Assembly: GCA_963792585.1 (NCBI GenBank)
Contig: CAWBWI010000003.1
Coordinates: 1,216,001-1,280,000, forward strand
DNA: 64,000 nucleotides
Source: Candidatus Eiseniibacteriota bacterium
Lineage (GTDB): Bacteria > Eisenbacteria > RBG-16-71-46 > CAIMUX01 > VGJL01
Direction of reading: 5' to 3'
In this document: piece by piece, positions 21,201 through 33,410 of the stretch
How positions within the stretch are numbered: the stretch's first letter is position 1
Layout: the number at the start of each line of letters is the position of its first letter
Translations under genes and position numbers: made by a program
Notes under the pieces: model-generated
Database searches by the model: none
Told to the model about the DNA's origin: nothing
Seen by the model: the letters and a program-made list of their open reading frames with translations, nothing else

Positions 21201-22224
21201 GTCCGGGGGCTCCGATGATCACGTCGTGAAAACCGTCGCCGTTGACATCGCCTGCCGTAGAGAGAGCCATGCCGAATGTGGCGAACGGCTGGTCCCCGGT
21301 CGCGGTCCAGTCGGGCTCCGTGTGGAGCCCCTCCGCCGATCCATAGAATGCCCAGACCTTTCCGATCGTCGTATCCGGGAAGTCGTATCCCGGAGAGCTC
21401 ACGAGGACGTCACTGTAACCGTCGCCGTTCACATCACCAGCGGTCGAAGCGACCCGGCCGAAGTTGGCCTCCTCGCGATCGCCATCTACCTGCCAGCCCG
21501 GGCTCTCGAGGAGCGGGTCGATGGTGATCGGATAGGTGGCTCCACGATCGTCGACGAGGATCCGGATCTCCGGCTCGTCCAAAATGAGACGACTGGGCAG
21601 ATGTTTGCCGGTCGCGTCAAACGCGGCGAGCTTCCCGTAGACGAGGATCTCCTTGCCCCGGCCGTCCGCGAATCGAATGGACCCGCCGTCCAGCCGCGCA
21701 TCGAGCCCTTCGCCCATCGCTCCCGCAATGCAGACATCTCCTTCTCCGTGCGGGGCCGAGGCGAGTGTGAAGCCCTGCTCCACTCCGGTCGGGCCGTTCT
21801 GGTACCACTCCACGAAACCGTCGCGCGGGTAGCGGACTGTGGCGCGTTCCGCCGCCGGAACCGATTCCAGGACCGACCGCATCGCGCCGGCGCGTCCGAA
21901 CGCCCGCGTGGTCCAGGACCACGTCCATGCGCCCGATTCCGCCCGGCGCGGCTGCACTTCGACTCCGTCGCAGCGGAAGTGGGTCCGGATTCCATGTGCG
22001 CGGTTGGGCGCCTGAAGGCCCCGCGCGCTCGGCGTCGCGTCGTATTCCAATGACGCAATCGCGCGAGAGGCCCGCTCCCACCAGTCGCTTTGGGCGGGGA
22101 TGGCACCACGGACCTCGTCCGCAGGAGCGACGGCGTGCCGGGGGAGGGTCCCGAGAGCAAAAATCGCAAGGATCGGGACGAATAGACGGATCCAGATGGG
22201 CACGTGGAGACCGTTGTGTGGCAT
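18212..22224 (-). CDS. Large secreted FG-GAP (integrin alpha-like) repeat protein with FlgD-Ig/T9SS-like tail; frameshift near 18990
   Basis: More than ten AGDVNGDG(Y/F).D repeats in ORF 18883..22254. It continues in the frame of 18212..19339 (PPFTLGQTEEGRALVYYG...AYPNPF...HDIQGRRVR...WNG.DD.G..LP.GVY). Confidence 0.88.
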
Positions 22225-22633
22225 GGAGCACCTCCCGGTTCGGCTTCCGGACACTTGCGGGGAGACGGCTCAGGTTCGTCTGGCGGCAGGCCGCTAGCAG
22301 AAAACCGACCCAGGCCCCCCTCAGAGAGCGGGTAACAGGCATCTAGTGGGACGCTATCGGGGGCGTGGAATCACAGGCAGAGAGCCAGGAACGGGAGATT
22401 CTCCGGTAGTGAGAGGGAGGGAGCCGTGGCACCGGGCGGTCGTGTCCGAACGTTCCGACCTGCGATCCGCGCAGTGCTCATCGCCACCAACTGGATGTGT
22501 CCCAACGGACTGCATTGGGGTCGCCCGCGGAGCGCGCCCGGCGTGGGATGACCGGATTGTGCCGGAGCCGGCCTGCTCCATGATCACACAGCCACGACGC
22601 TCTCCCTCACGCTCGTGCCTCCGCGTGCGACGA

Positions 22634-23749
22634 TCAGGAAGTCACATCCGGTCCAGCGTCGGCCCGGCGCATGAGATCGCGGAATGCCTCGGCAATCTCG
22701 GAGGCGGTCAAGTCGAGGGCGGCATCGCCCACGGACAGCTCGAACATGAACTGACCAGGTGCAGCGCTGGCCCGTAGCGGGTGAAACAACCACAGCCCGA
22801 TCTCTCGTGAGATCTCGAGCGCGGCCGTCTCCAGCCTCTCCTTGGAGCCGCTCATGTAGACGTGCATCATGTTGGTCTGCGGGGGATCGGGTGTCACCCG
22901 GATCCCGGGAACGCTCGTCAACGTCGAGGCGATCTCGACGGCCTTGTCACGGTAGGCTTCCATCCGATCCAGTCGTTCGCGCAAGCCGATGCGAGCGGAG
23001 AGCACGTACGGATACAACTGCACGAGGTTTCCGCCATGTCTGCGCTGCCAGATGCGGGCCTCGGAGATGAAGTCCGCCGGACCGGCCAGGGCCGCGCCGG
23101 CGATCCCACCCAGAATCTTGTAGAATGAGACGTACACGGAGTCGAACAGCCCGGCGATCTCGGAATACGGCCGCTGATAGCAGGGTTTGCATTCCCAGAG
23201 GCGGGCACCGTCCAGGTGACAGAAGACTCCTCGCAACCTGGCCCATTCGATCACCGCGGTCAGATCGTCCCATGCGGGTAGGGATCCGCCGATTTCGCGC
23301 TGGGGCAGCTCCAGTAGCAGCGCCGCGAGAGGTTCCGCCACCGCCTCGAGATCGGGCAACCTCATCAGGCCGGCCGGCGGACCCACCAGGACGCCGTGTA
23401 ACCCATGCAGGAGTTGGTAACCCTTCTGCTCGTGGATCTCGAGGTGGCTGGTCGGATGGAAGGCGACATGGGGACTGTGGCGCCGATCGGACCAGATACG
23501 CAGCGCGATCTGCTGGGCCATGGTTCCGCTTGGCATGAAGACGGCTGACTCCATACCCAGAATCTGGGCAATCTCGGTTTCGAAGTCCGTGATGAGGGCA
23601 CCCCGGCCATACACATCGGCGGCCACATCCGCGCCCACGGATGCGACCACGCTCGCCAGCATGGGATGCGGCATCATTCGATCCCGATGGTGGCCGCCAA
23701 GCCAGCGCGTGCAAGCACGAGCGATGCGTTCGACTTCGCTCTTGTCCAT
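22634..23749 (-). CDS. Low-specificity threonine aldolase family PLP enzyme
   Basis: D.YG.G, FMPSGTMAQQ, HLDGARLW, DSVYVSFYK.LGG..GA. Confidence 0.88.
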   Translation of the reverse strand: MDKSEVERIARACTRWLGGHHRDRMMPHPMLASVVASVGADVAADVYGRGALITDFETEIAQILGMESAVFMPSGTMAQQIALRIWSDRRHSPHVAFHPTSHLEIHEQKGYQLLHGLHGVLVGPPAGLMRLPDLEAVAEPLAALLLELPQREIGGSLPAWDDLTAVIEWARLRGVFCHLDGARLWECKPCYQRPYSEIAGLFDSVYVSFYKILGGIAGAALAGPADFISEARIWQRRHGGNLVQLYPYVLSARIGLRERLDRMEAYRDKAVEIASTLTSVPGIRVTPDPPQTNMMHVYMSGSKERLETAALEISREIGLWLFHPLRASAAPGQFMFELSVGDAALDLTASEIAEAFRDLMRRADAGPDVTS

Positions 23750-24161
23750 GATGAAACGCTCCTCTTATGAAACTGTCTCCACTCTGAACCGATGATTCTC
23801 CCGCCACTCGCGGGCCGATGGCAAGGAGTTGCTGGAAGGTGGATCGGTCCTGACCTGGATGCTGCGCTCCAGGCCTCGCTAGGGCCGGCTTGGAAATGGC
23901 CAAGACCAAGTTGACCGGCCAATTCCAGACGGATTCTATCCTCCGGCGCATTGGACACCGCCTGAGCTCTTCCGGAGATGCAGCTTGCTGGAATCCCACG
24001 ATCGATGCCGAAGGTCATCTCCTCCCCGCGTACCGACCTTCGTCATTTGCGGAACAGCTCGGGGGCGCTATACTTGTCCTGCCTGAACGTCCCACTGGAA
24101 TCCCGCCACGGGACGAAGGCGAGCTCCTCCACCAGAAGTGAAGCAACGACGGGAGGTTTCG

Positions 24162-25370
24162 ATGCGTCATCTATTCTGGATGATCTTCCTGATCGTGCTC
24201 GGAATGTCTGCCAGCGCGGCCCGCGCGAGCCCGGACGGCATCGAGGCGAAGCCATGGCACGTCTACCTCGGCGATGCTCGCAGCACATACCCCGAGCAGG
24301 AGCCGAACGACACGTGCGGGCAGGCGCAAGCGACGGCCATCGGCGACGTCGTCAGGCCCGCGTTTCTCCAGGCCGGCGAGCAGGACTGGTACGCCTGGAC
24401 CATGTTCGCGGGTGACCTGCTCATCTGTGGCACGGACATCGTGAACGAGGGCGACAATACGGACACGTACATCGAGTTGTACGCCCAAGACTGCGTCATG
24501 CTCCTCGCCTTCAACGATGACGGCGGTCCCGGCTACTACTCGCGGATCGAAAGCTACGGTGTTCCCTATACGGGCGTCTACTACTTGAAGGTCCGGGGGT
24601 ACAGCGGCTCCACGACGGGGCCCTACACTTTCTACGTCAATCAGGATATAGGCGGTCTGCCCATCGAGAACGACCTCTGCTCGGGCGCCATCGAGATCAT
24701 GCGTTGCACGTCGGGATCGTTGCAGGGTGACACCTCCAACGCGAACGACGACTACGATCCGGGCGTCCCCGGTCCGAGCTGCACGGGCTATGCTGCTTCC
24801 GGTCGCGATGTGGTCTACTCCATCAACGCAATGGCAGGCGATGTCCTCGATCTCACCTACCGGCAGTTGAACACCGACACGTCCTTCTACATCGTGACCG
24901 ACTGCTCGAACGTCTCGGGCAGCTGCGTCGCGGGTGCGGACGAGACGGTGCCTCCCGATCCCGAGGTGATTCACTACACGGTTCCGACGAGCGGGGTCTA
25001 CTACATCATCCTGGACTCGTACAGCCACGCGTCCGGTGGTCCCTGGACCTTCGATTACAGCATCCCTGGTTGCATACCGGAGGCCTGCTGCTTCGCCGAC
25101 GGACGTTGCGAGTTGTCCATGCCCTCGGATTGCCGCCAAATGGGGGGCAACCCACAAGGGAGCGGGACGACCTGTGACCCGAATCCGTGTACGGTGCTGG
25201 GAGGCGCGTGCTGCTACGTGGATGGCCACTGCGAGTTCGGAAGCGAGACGGATTGTGGGGAGAATGGCGTGTTCCAGGGAGAGGGCACGACGTGTGACCC
25301 GAATCCCTGCATGCCGACTCCGAGCAGGAACGCGACTTGGGGGCAGATCAAGGGCAGCTACCACCGCTGA
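24162..25370 (+). CDS. Secreted protein: two PPC-like domains, two Cys-rich GACC repeats, C-terminal TWG motif
   Basis: Signal peptide after GGAGG; EQEPNDTC..A and NDLCSGA modules; ACC..DG.C...DC...QG.GTTCDPNPC twice; ends PTPSRNATWGQIKGSYHR. Confidence 0.82.
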   Translation: MRHLFWMIFLIVLGMSASAARASPDGIEAKPWHVYLGDARSTYPEQEPNDTCGQAQATAIGDVVRPAFLQAGEQDWYAWTMFAGDLLICGTDIVNEGDNTDTYIELYAQDCVMLLAFNDDGGPGYYSRIESYGVPYTGVYYLKVRGYSGSTTGPYTFYVNQDIGGLPIENDLCSGAIEIMRCTSGSLQGDTSNANDDYDPGVPGPSCTGYAASGRDVVYSINAMAGDVLDLTYRQLNTDTSFYIVTDCSNVSGSCVAGADETVPPDPEVIHYTVPTSGVYYIILDSYSHASGGPWTFDYSIPGCIPEACCFADGRCELSMPSDCRQMGGNPQGSGTTCDPNPCTVLGGACCYVDGHCEFGSETDCGENGVFQGEGTTCDPNPCMPTPSRNATWGQIKGSYHR

Positions 25371-25728
25371 GGGGAGTTGCCCATGGAAGCCCGCAGTGGC
25401 GCTGCGGACTTCAGGTGGCGCAAGAGAGAGTTTGGTGGCGATGAAGCGCTCCCGCCGCTGAGGTCGGGGCGCTTCCTCGCTACCCGAGGCCATCCTTCGA
25501 GCATCTGTTCCTATACCGAATCTCGCAGTGCCCGTCGGCGAAGCAGCGCCCACCCGCCGGCCAGCGGGAGCCCAGCCTGCGGCTGAGCCTGGATGCCCGG
25601 TGGGCGCGGCTGCCCCGAACCCCTGGGTTGCCGGCCTCGATCCATCCGACCCCATTCTCCACGCGAGTTTCGTCCGTTGACGGACGGGCCATGGCCCGCC
25701 AATGTGACAGACCTAGGAGGAGACCCTC

Positions 25729-26748
25729 ATGAGCAAGGCGAAGCCGAAGACCAAGAGCACGTCGGGCGCAAGCAAGTCACGCAAGTCGGCCGCCAAGTCC
25801 AAGTCCCCGCGCATCGAAGGAGCGGTCCGCGCGGGTGGGACGAGCCATGAGCGAGCGGCCGGGGAGGCCGCCTCCCGGCTCATCGACCAGCGGATCCGCG
25901 ACCTAGGGGGATGGCGTGGGGAGACCCTGGCCCGCATGCGGACGTTGATTCTGGCAGCGGACCCCGAGATGACAGAGGAGTGGAAGTGGATGGGCACTCC
26001 GGTCTGGTCGCACCACGGGAATGTCTGCACCGGGGAGACATACACGAAGGTCGTGAAGCTCACGTTCGCCCGGGGAGCCAGGATCCCGGACCCATCGCGC
26101 CTCTTCAATTCCAGCTTGGAGGGCAACACGCGAAGGGCGATCGACATCCACGAAGGGGAGGAGGTCGACGCGGGCGCGTTCAAAGCGCTCGTGAAGGCCG
26201 CGGTGGCCCTGAATGGCCTGCCGGCGAAGACAGGCGCGAAGGCCGAATCGGCCGCGTGGGAGGCCAAGCCGGCTGCGAGAGCGGCCAAACAAGGTGCGAG
26301 CGCGGCCAAGCCGGTCAAGGTGCGAAACGGCGAGAATGTCGTCCTTCTCTCGGGTGGCAACCCGCGCATCTCGAAGGCGGACGGCGACGCTCCGGTGCGG
26401 GCATACATCGCCGCGATGCCTGGCTGGAAATGCGATATTGGGAAGCGTCTCGATGTGCTCATCGTGCGGAGCGTGCCCAACGTGCGCAAGGCCGTGAAGT
26501 GGAACTCTCCGTTCTACGGCATCGAGGGCCAGGGTTGGTTCCTTTCGTTCCACGTCTTCACGCGCTACGTCAAGGTGGCCTTCTTCCGCGGCAGCTCGCT
26601 GCGACCGGTCCCTCCCGGCGCCAGCAAGGACAAGGAGACACGTTACATCGACATCCACGAGGGTGACGGACTCGACGAGGCACAGATGACGACCTGGGTG
26701 AAGCAGGCAGCCGCGTTGCCCGGCTGGTCTCCAGGCCGACCGTCCTGA
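25729..26748 (+). CDS. Tandem DUF1801 (YdhG-like) domain protein
   Basis: Two domains: GWRGETLARMR..EEWKW.GTPVW and YIAAMPGWK..KAVKWNSPFYG; AGGAGG RBS. Confidence 0.85.
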   Translation: MSKAKPKTKSTSGASKSRKSAAKSKSPRIEGAVRAGGTSHERAAGEAASRLIDQRIRDLGGWRGETLARMRTLILAADPEMTEEWKWMGTPVWSHHGNVCTGETYTKVVKLTFARGARIPDPSRLFNSSLEGNTRRAIDIHEGEEVDAGAFKALVKAAVALNGLPAKTGAKAESAAWEAKPAARAAKQGASAAKPVKVRNGENVVLLSGGNPRISKADGDAPVRAYIAAMPGWKCDIGKRLDVLIVRSVPNVRKAVKWNSPFYGIEGQGWFLSFHVFTRYVKVAFFRGSSLRPVPPGASKDKETRYIDIHEGDGLDEAQMTTWVKQAAALPGWSPGRPS

Positions 26749-26802
26749 GGATCTGGATTCGCCCTAGCGCCCACGAGACGCGCGCCAGCGAAGTTCCGCG
26801 GC

Positions 26803-29446
26803 CTAGCGGACCGTGAGCACCCCCCGCAGCCGGATGTCCTTCGACGAAGAACCGATCGTGATGCGGAACGCGCCGGGATCGATCACGGACCGCAACTGCC
26901 GGTCCAGCATCGATAGCTGTTCCGGTCCGAGTCGAAAGCTCACATCGCGCCTCTCTCCCGCGTGGAGACGAACCCGCTGGAAGCCCTGCAGGCTCGTGAC
27001 GGGCCGCGCCACCGACGCCAGCTCGTCGTGCACGTACATCTGAACGACCTCGTCCCCCTCGCGCGAGCCGGAGTTCGTCAGGGTGAAGGTCGCCACGGCC
27101 GTCTCCCCGGATCGTATCGTCGCCGGCTCGATGCGTAGATCGCCATACTCGAAGGTCGTATAGCCGAGCCCGTATCCGAAGGGGAACAGGGGCTGCCCGG
27201 TCAGGTCCATGTAATCGTCGCCCCGGCCGGTCGGCTTATGGTTGTAGACGAGGGGGAGCTGTCCTTTGGCGACCGGGAAGGTGATCGGCAGGCGTCCGCC
27301 CGGACTGGAATCGCCGAAGAGGACATCCGCCACGGCGCGCCCTCCTTCCTCCCCCGGATACCAGACGTCGAGGACGGCGGGGACCCGATCCAGCCACGGC
27401 GCCATCGTGATCGCGCTCCCGCCGACCAGGACGACTACGGTCGGCTTGCCGAGCGCGGCGATGCGCGCGATCAGCTCCTCTTGGCGTCCCGGGAGGGCGA
27501 GGGACGCTCGGTCGCGGAACTCCCCTTCTTCGATCCCGACCGCCACGACGACGGCTTCGCACGTAGCTGCGGCGTCGACGGCTTCATCGAGTGCGGCCTC
27601 GTCGTCCGAAGGTACGCCGATGTCCCAGACGAGCCGAATCCGCGCGTTCCCGGTCGGCGCGCGAAACTCGAGCCGCATCGGGATAGCGCGTCCCGCCGCG
27701 AAGGGGAACTCGATCGTCACGCGGCGATGGCTCGCCGGAATCCAGTTGTCGATGACGAGGCGATCGTCCAGATAGAGGCGATAGCCGTCGTTCCCCTCGA
27801 CGCCGAGCCGGTGCGGGCCCGATCCCGGCGCGCGCAGCGCGCCTGTCCAGCGGACGGAGTAGAAGTCGTACGGAAGCTGTGCCGGATCGGGGGAGAAGAG
27901 GGTCCACTGGAAATCGACAGTGGGATCGACCCGCGTGAAGACGGGGGTGCCGCCCAAGGACGCGTTGTCGTAGTAGTCGCCCCGGAGCCCGGGCGCGAGC
28001 GCTTCGGAAGGGACCGCCACATACTCCGGCGACAGCCTCCGGCATCCCCGCGCGTGGCGCACCGCGACCTTTGGGCCGAGCCGTTCCCGGATCCCCTGAA
28101 GAATGCTGCAAGACCGCGTCGTCGGCGCGCTGTAGCCGCCGAGGCGGACCTCGTCCGCGTCCGGCCCCACCACGGCGACCGACATCAGGGATGCCCTCAG
28201 CGGTAGCGCGCCCCCATCGTTCTTCAGGAGAACGATCGACTCCCGCGCGGCGCGGCGGGCAAGCGCGCGATGCGCCTCGTCGTCCCCGCGTCGACCCGGC
28301 GCCCTCTCAACGTACGGCCTCTCGAACAGCCCCAGCTCGAACTTCGCGCGCAGGACGCGGGCGACGGCGTCGTCGATCCGGGCGCTGGCGATCCGTCCCT
28401 CCCGGAAAGCCGGAGCGAAGAGCTCGTAATGGTCGAACGATGTCTGGAAGATCACGTCGAGTCCCGCCTCGATCGCTTTTGCCCCCGCGTCTGCGTAGTC
28501 GGAGGCGGTGAGGTGAAGGACGTTCGCGCCGCCGACCCCGCCGGCGTCGGAGACGACGAAGCCGCTGAAACCCATCTCCCGTTTCAGCAGTCGCTCGTTC
28601 AGCCAGGAGTTCGCCGAGCAGGGGGAGCCGTCGACCGAGTTGTACGCGGCCATGATCGAGCGCGCACCTCCGCGGCCGATGCAGGCCGCGAAGGGGGGAA
28701 TGTGCACCTCGCGCAGCGCGCGTTCGTCGAGGTCGATGGGGTAGCTGTCACGCCCGCCGTCGCCGACGTTCGCGATCCAGTGCTTGGGGGTCGTGATGAT
28801 CCCCATCCGTTCGAACGCGCGGACAAAGGCGACCCCAATCTCGGAGGCGAGCAACGGATCCTCCCCGTAGGTCTCCTCGACTCGTCCCCAGCGGACGTCG
28901 GAGGCGATGTTGACGACCGGCGACAGGACCTGCCGGACCCCGCGCGCGCGGCACTCCACTGCGGTCGCGTGCGCGACCTCGCCCACCAACGTCGTGTCGA
29001 ACGTGGCGGCGAGGCCGATCGCCTGCGGGAAGACTGTCGCCCCCTTCTGGACGAGTCCGTGGAGCGCTTCGCCGAAGAAGATGACCGGAATCCCGAGGCG
29101 GGTGTTCCTCGACGAAATGGCGCTGGATCGCGTTCATTCGCCGGATGACATCGACGCCGCTGTCGGGATCGGCCGGGACCTGGAGGCCGAAGAGACCGTC
29201 GTGAAAGCGGGTCTCGTCCCCGGAGAACTCCCCGGCGAGCATGAAAAGCTGCCAGGACTTTTCGTCGGGGGTCATGCGGGAGAGGAGGTCCGTGACGCGC
29301 GCATCGACCGGGGCCGCGGGATCGCGGTAGACGGGATCGCGGGAGGTAGGATCGCGATCGGGCCGCGCCGAGGCGGGGGCGCAGAAGAGCGATAGCGCGA
29401 GGACGAGGACTGCCTGCCCGAGTGCGCGTGAGGGATGTTCGTTCAT
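26803..29446 (-). CDS. GH3 beta-glucosidase/xylosidase with PA14 insert and Fn3-like domain; frameshift near 29105
   Basis: RWGRVEETYGEDP, TPKHW, GFVVSDA, SIVLLKN, PA14 YSVRWTG, PLFPFGYGL, EVVQMY. The N-terminus (signal peptide, RVTDLLSRMT..EK) is in another frame and joins at HFVE/TRLGIP. Confidence 0.9.
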
Positions 29447-29460
29447 GGCGTGAACAACGC

Positions 29461-32400
29461 TCACCGCACGCCGTCCCACGGCTCGAACGAGTAGCGGATC
29501 TCGAAGCTCTCGCCCGGCGCCAACGTGACCCGCTCGGTCTCGAGCTCGAGATTGACCTGCCGATAGCTCTGCGCCCACCAGGTGCGGAGCTTCCCGATCC
29601 CATCGGGGGAGTAGCGCATCACGAGGCCGTAGTTCCGCGCGTGGTTGTAGAAGGCCATCGCGCCGCCCGGGAGCCCTTCCCGCAGCAGGCCGGCGTCGGG
29701 ACCCTGATCGGCTTGCATCTCGCGATTGAACGCCCGCCAAGCCCCGGCGACGCGCACGTACGCCGAGAGCTCGCGAAAATCGCGCGTGTCGGTCCCGGCG
29801 TTCCACTCGGGGTGGACGACGAGCTTGCCAGTCCCTCGGTGTGTCCCCGCGGTTCTCGATCCGCGTGACGCAGCGGACGACGTCGCCCTCCAGGGTGATC
29901 TCGCGGAGATGGACCGAGCCGTCCGGATCCGCCTTCCGCAGCCGGAGACCGCCCGGCATCCGCTCGGCCTCGAACGCCGCGGGCGGGTTTTCGTTGAACA
30001 GGATCGATTCCCACTCCTCGAAGGTTCCGATCTTCAGGTTGGTGTCGATACGCGCGCAGGTAGTTCGGTCCGTCCGGCTTGTGCGTCATCTCGACCAACC
30101 GGCCGTTCTCGCGGGGGAGGAAGACGAGCCGCCACGTGTCGTTCTCGAGGACCTCCGCCAGCCGCCCCTCCGCCGCCTCGCGCCGCAGGCGCTCGCGATA
30201 GACGTCCATCGACGTGTTCTCGTCCGGCGCGGTCAGGCCGCGAGCGTCCGCCAATCCCAGGTATTCGGTAACGACGTTCTCGTGCGGATGCGGATAGACC
30301 CGCCGGACGCTCCCGTCGACATAGACGAGCGGCGCGCCCGCCTCGATCATGCGCGCGATACGCCGTGAGCGAGGCCTTCTCCACGCGCGCGACGTAGTCG
30401 GGACCCTGCCGCTCCGCGATCGCGCGCGCCCGCGCGAACCGCTCCATCATCTCCCGCGCAAATGAGGCGTCCAGGCCCAGCTCCTCAGGGGTCGCGAAGC
30501 AGGCGGGATGGATTCCGAGCATGCCGGCCCGGTCGTGCAGACGGACCAGGTAGGCGAGGATCTCGTCCCCCGCGGCGCCGTAGTGCAGGCGGCAGAATTC
30601 CTCGACCAGCGACCATCCGTCGAGATACGGATTCCAAAGAGGCGGGCGATGACGTAGTTGCGCAGGTCGCTCATGTCGCCGCCGGTGCTCCCTCCGTGCG
30701 ACTGCGCGAAGACGCCCTTCACGCCGAGGTCGGCGAAGAGGCGGAGGTTCGGTCCGATGCTCCGGAAGTTCGGAAAGGGGAGATCGTAGTAGCGAAAGTC
30801 GGTGAAGTAGCTCCAGACGATAGACCTGATCGGCGATCCCGCACCACGCCGTGAGATCCGCGAGGAAGTCGGCGTTCTTCGGGCACGCCGGGGCCGCGAG
30901 CGAGTGCAGGGCGCAGCACTCGATGTTCGCGAGCTGGATCTGCACGTTCGTTCCCGGCCGGAGATGGGCGGGGGGCTTGCGCGTGTGCCAGTAGGAGAGG
31001 GTCCCGACCTGCTTCCCCGGATAGCGCGCGGCGACGCTCTCGGCGACGGCGTTCACGAAGGCGAGCTGCGACCCCATCGGGGATCTCTCCGCGTCGTTGA
31101 TGGCCTGACAGGCGGGGCAGCGGCAGTAGTGGTCGTTGTCGGTCTGGGAGACGCTTACGTTCTTGCGCTCCGGGTGCGCTGCGATCGTGTCCAGGACCGC
31201 CGCGGTGACAATCTCGAGGACGTCCGGATTCGACAGGCAGGGCTGCGGCCCGCCGCCGAAAGTCGTGTAGGCGCCGCTCGCCCTCGAACGAGGGCGAAGT
31301 ACTCGGGATGCTCCGCGCCGTACCTTGCGACCGGAAGCTGCTCGCCGAAGCTGTGGCTGATCAGTCGCTGTGCGCTGATCCCTCCCAGGCTCTCCGCCTC
31401 GGGGACGGTGTTGACGCGCAGTCGCGCGGCGAATGCCGGGTGCCGGTTCGTCTCGCCGAGATACGGCCAGCGGAATTCGAACGGGGGCGTGAACGCGTAT
31501 GTCTCGCGCGGGAGAGCCCGCGCGCCGGCATCCGGGGGAAAGTAGGTGTGATCATGCGGTCAGGAACCGCGCACCCAAGTACCTCTCGGCGAACTCGTAG
31601 ACGCCGTAGAGGACGCCGCGACGGCGATCCCCCTTCGATCTCGATGCGCCGCGGGTCGAGACGCAGGCAGAGTCCTTCCTCAGGGAGCGAGGGATTGACG
31701 ACGAGCCGGATCACGCGCGTCGCGGTTGAGTCGGCACCCGTCTCGATCGGCAGGTCAACGGTCGCGGACCCGCGCAAGAAGCCGGCAAGCTCCCGCGCGG
31801 CATAGGCGACCGCCGGGGGCGGCTGCTCGGAGGTCACGATGCGCCATCCCGCGAGGTCCGAGACCTGGAGCGGCTCTTCCCGCGGGCGGACCCGCCCCAG
31901 CCGGAACGCCCACGCGAAGTCGCACGGTGGATGCGCGGCCAGGGACTTCGGAATCTCGATCTTGACGCCGCGTCCCATCGTCTCCCACCGGAGCGGACGC
32001 GCGTGACCGAGGAGTGTGCACCTTCTCCCCGGGCTCGGGCTGGATCCCCTCGAGCGTGAGCGCGCGCGGCAGCGTCTCCGCCGAATCCGCGAGGTAGATC
32101 GCGTAGACCGCGTCGTCGTCGCGGCGGCGGGTGAAGCAGGTCTTCCCCTCCTTGTAGGGAGCGAGCGGTCGCGTCCCGTAGATCGCTTCGCCGTTGACCG
32201 CGAGCCATCGCCCGAGTTCGCGCAGGCGCGCAACGGCGTCGGGATGGAACCGGCCGCGGCCGTCGGCTCCCGCGTTCAGGAGGAGGTTGCCGCCCTTGGC
32301 GACGACGTCGACCAGGACGTGGACGAGCTGCCGCGTCGGCTTGTAGCGATCCTCCGCGTAGTACGACCAGGCACCGGCCATCGGCATGCAGGTCTCCCAC

Positions 32401-33281
32401 GGATACTCCCACGGCTCTTCGGGGACCTTCTGCTCGGGCGTCCGGTAGTTCTCGTACGGGCCGCCGATCCAGCGGTCGACGATCATCAGACCGGGCTGAT
32501 GGCGCCGCGCCGTCGCGGCGATCCGATCCATCTGGATGTCCTGGTCGTGGTTGTCGGGAGCGACCCAGGCGCCGTCCAGCCAGAGGATGTCGAGCGGGCC
32601 GTACCCTGTGCAGAGTTCCTCGATCTGGGCGTGCGTGAAGTCGCAGAACTTCCGCCAGATCTCGGGATGCGCCTTCGGCCGGTAGTTGACGTTGCGCGTG
32701 GCGTGCTGCCAGGAAGGCGACCAGTACGAGGGGACGTGCCAGTCGGGCTTCGAGAAGTAGGCGCCGATCATGAATCCCTCGCGGCGGAAGGCGTCGAAGA
32801 GGTGGCGCGTGACATCGGCCTGCGGGTGATCGTGGAAGGGGCAGCCGGGATCGGTGATCTTGTAGTCGGTCTGCTTCGTGTCGAACATGCAGAAGCCGTC
32901 GTGGTGCTTGGTCGTGAAGACGAAGTAGCGCATGCCCGCCTCGCGCGCCAGGCGCGCCCAGGCGTCGGGATCGAAGTCCCGGGGATCGAACGTGTTCTTC
33001 AGGCCGACGTAGGTGTCGTAGTACTCCTGATACGAGGGGACGTGCGGGGTCAGCCAGTCGACGTCCTCGGCGCAGAGCCCCCATGACTCGCACCAGCCCT
33101 TCTGGCTGTACGTCCCCCAGTGGACCATGAACCCGAGCTTCTGGTCCTGCCAGCGCTCGAGCTTCGCCCGGACCGCGGGGTTCCCTTCCCAGACATACTC
33201 GACCCCCTCGTACTGCGCGAGCGCCGGCACGGCGGCGAGAGCGGCGAAGATCAGCAGGCAGAGCAGGCGGATGCGCCCCAT
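29461..33281 (-). CDS. Putative GH29 alpha-L-fucosidase fused to a DUF4838 domain; many frameshifts
   Basis: GH29: KLGFMVHWG, FTTKHHDGF, LWLDG, WETC, KGGNLLLN, NGEAIYGTR. After a shift near 32017 the frame continues without a stop into AARELA.FL, then by further shifts RGVLYGVYEF, HPEYFAL, QPCLSNPDV, YCRCPAC, FVNAVAE. Confidence 0.75.
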
Positions 33282-33410
33282 CACGATCCCCCCTTTTCGG
33301 CGGTGGATGCTACCGGCACCGCTCGTCCGGCACAATGGCGGACACTCCTCGACGATCGCGGTAACGGTCGCGTTCGTTGGACCGCGAGCGCAGGAGACCA
33401 CGCACGGACA

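Noticed and set aside
25087..25547. Template/variable-repeat pair or invertible switch from the GACC DNA repeats
   Set aside because: The match is only about 26 bp, differences are not adenine-specific, and no RT or invertase is nearby.
26071..26080. CGGGGAGCCA identical to the tRNA-Asn 3' end
   Set aside because: Lies inside the DUF1801 coding sequence (ARGAR); a 10-bp GC-rich match is plausible by chance.
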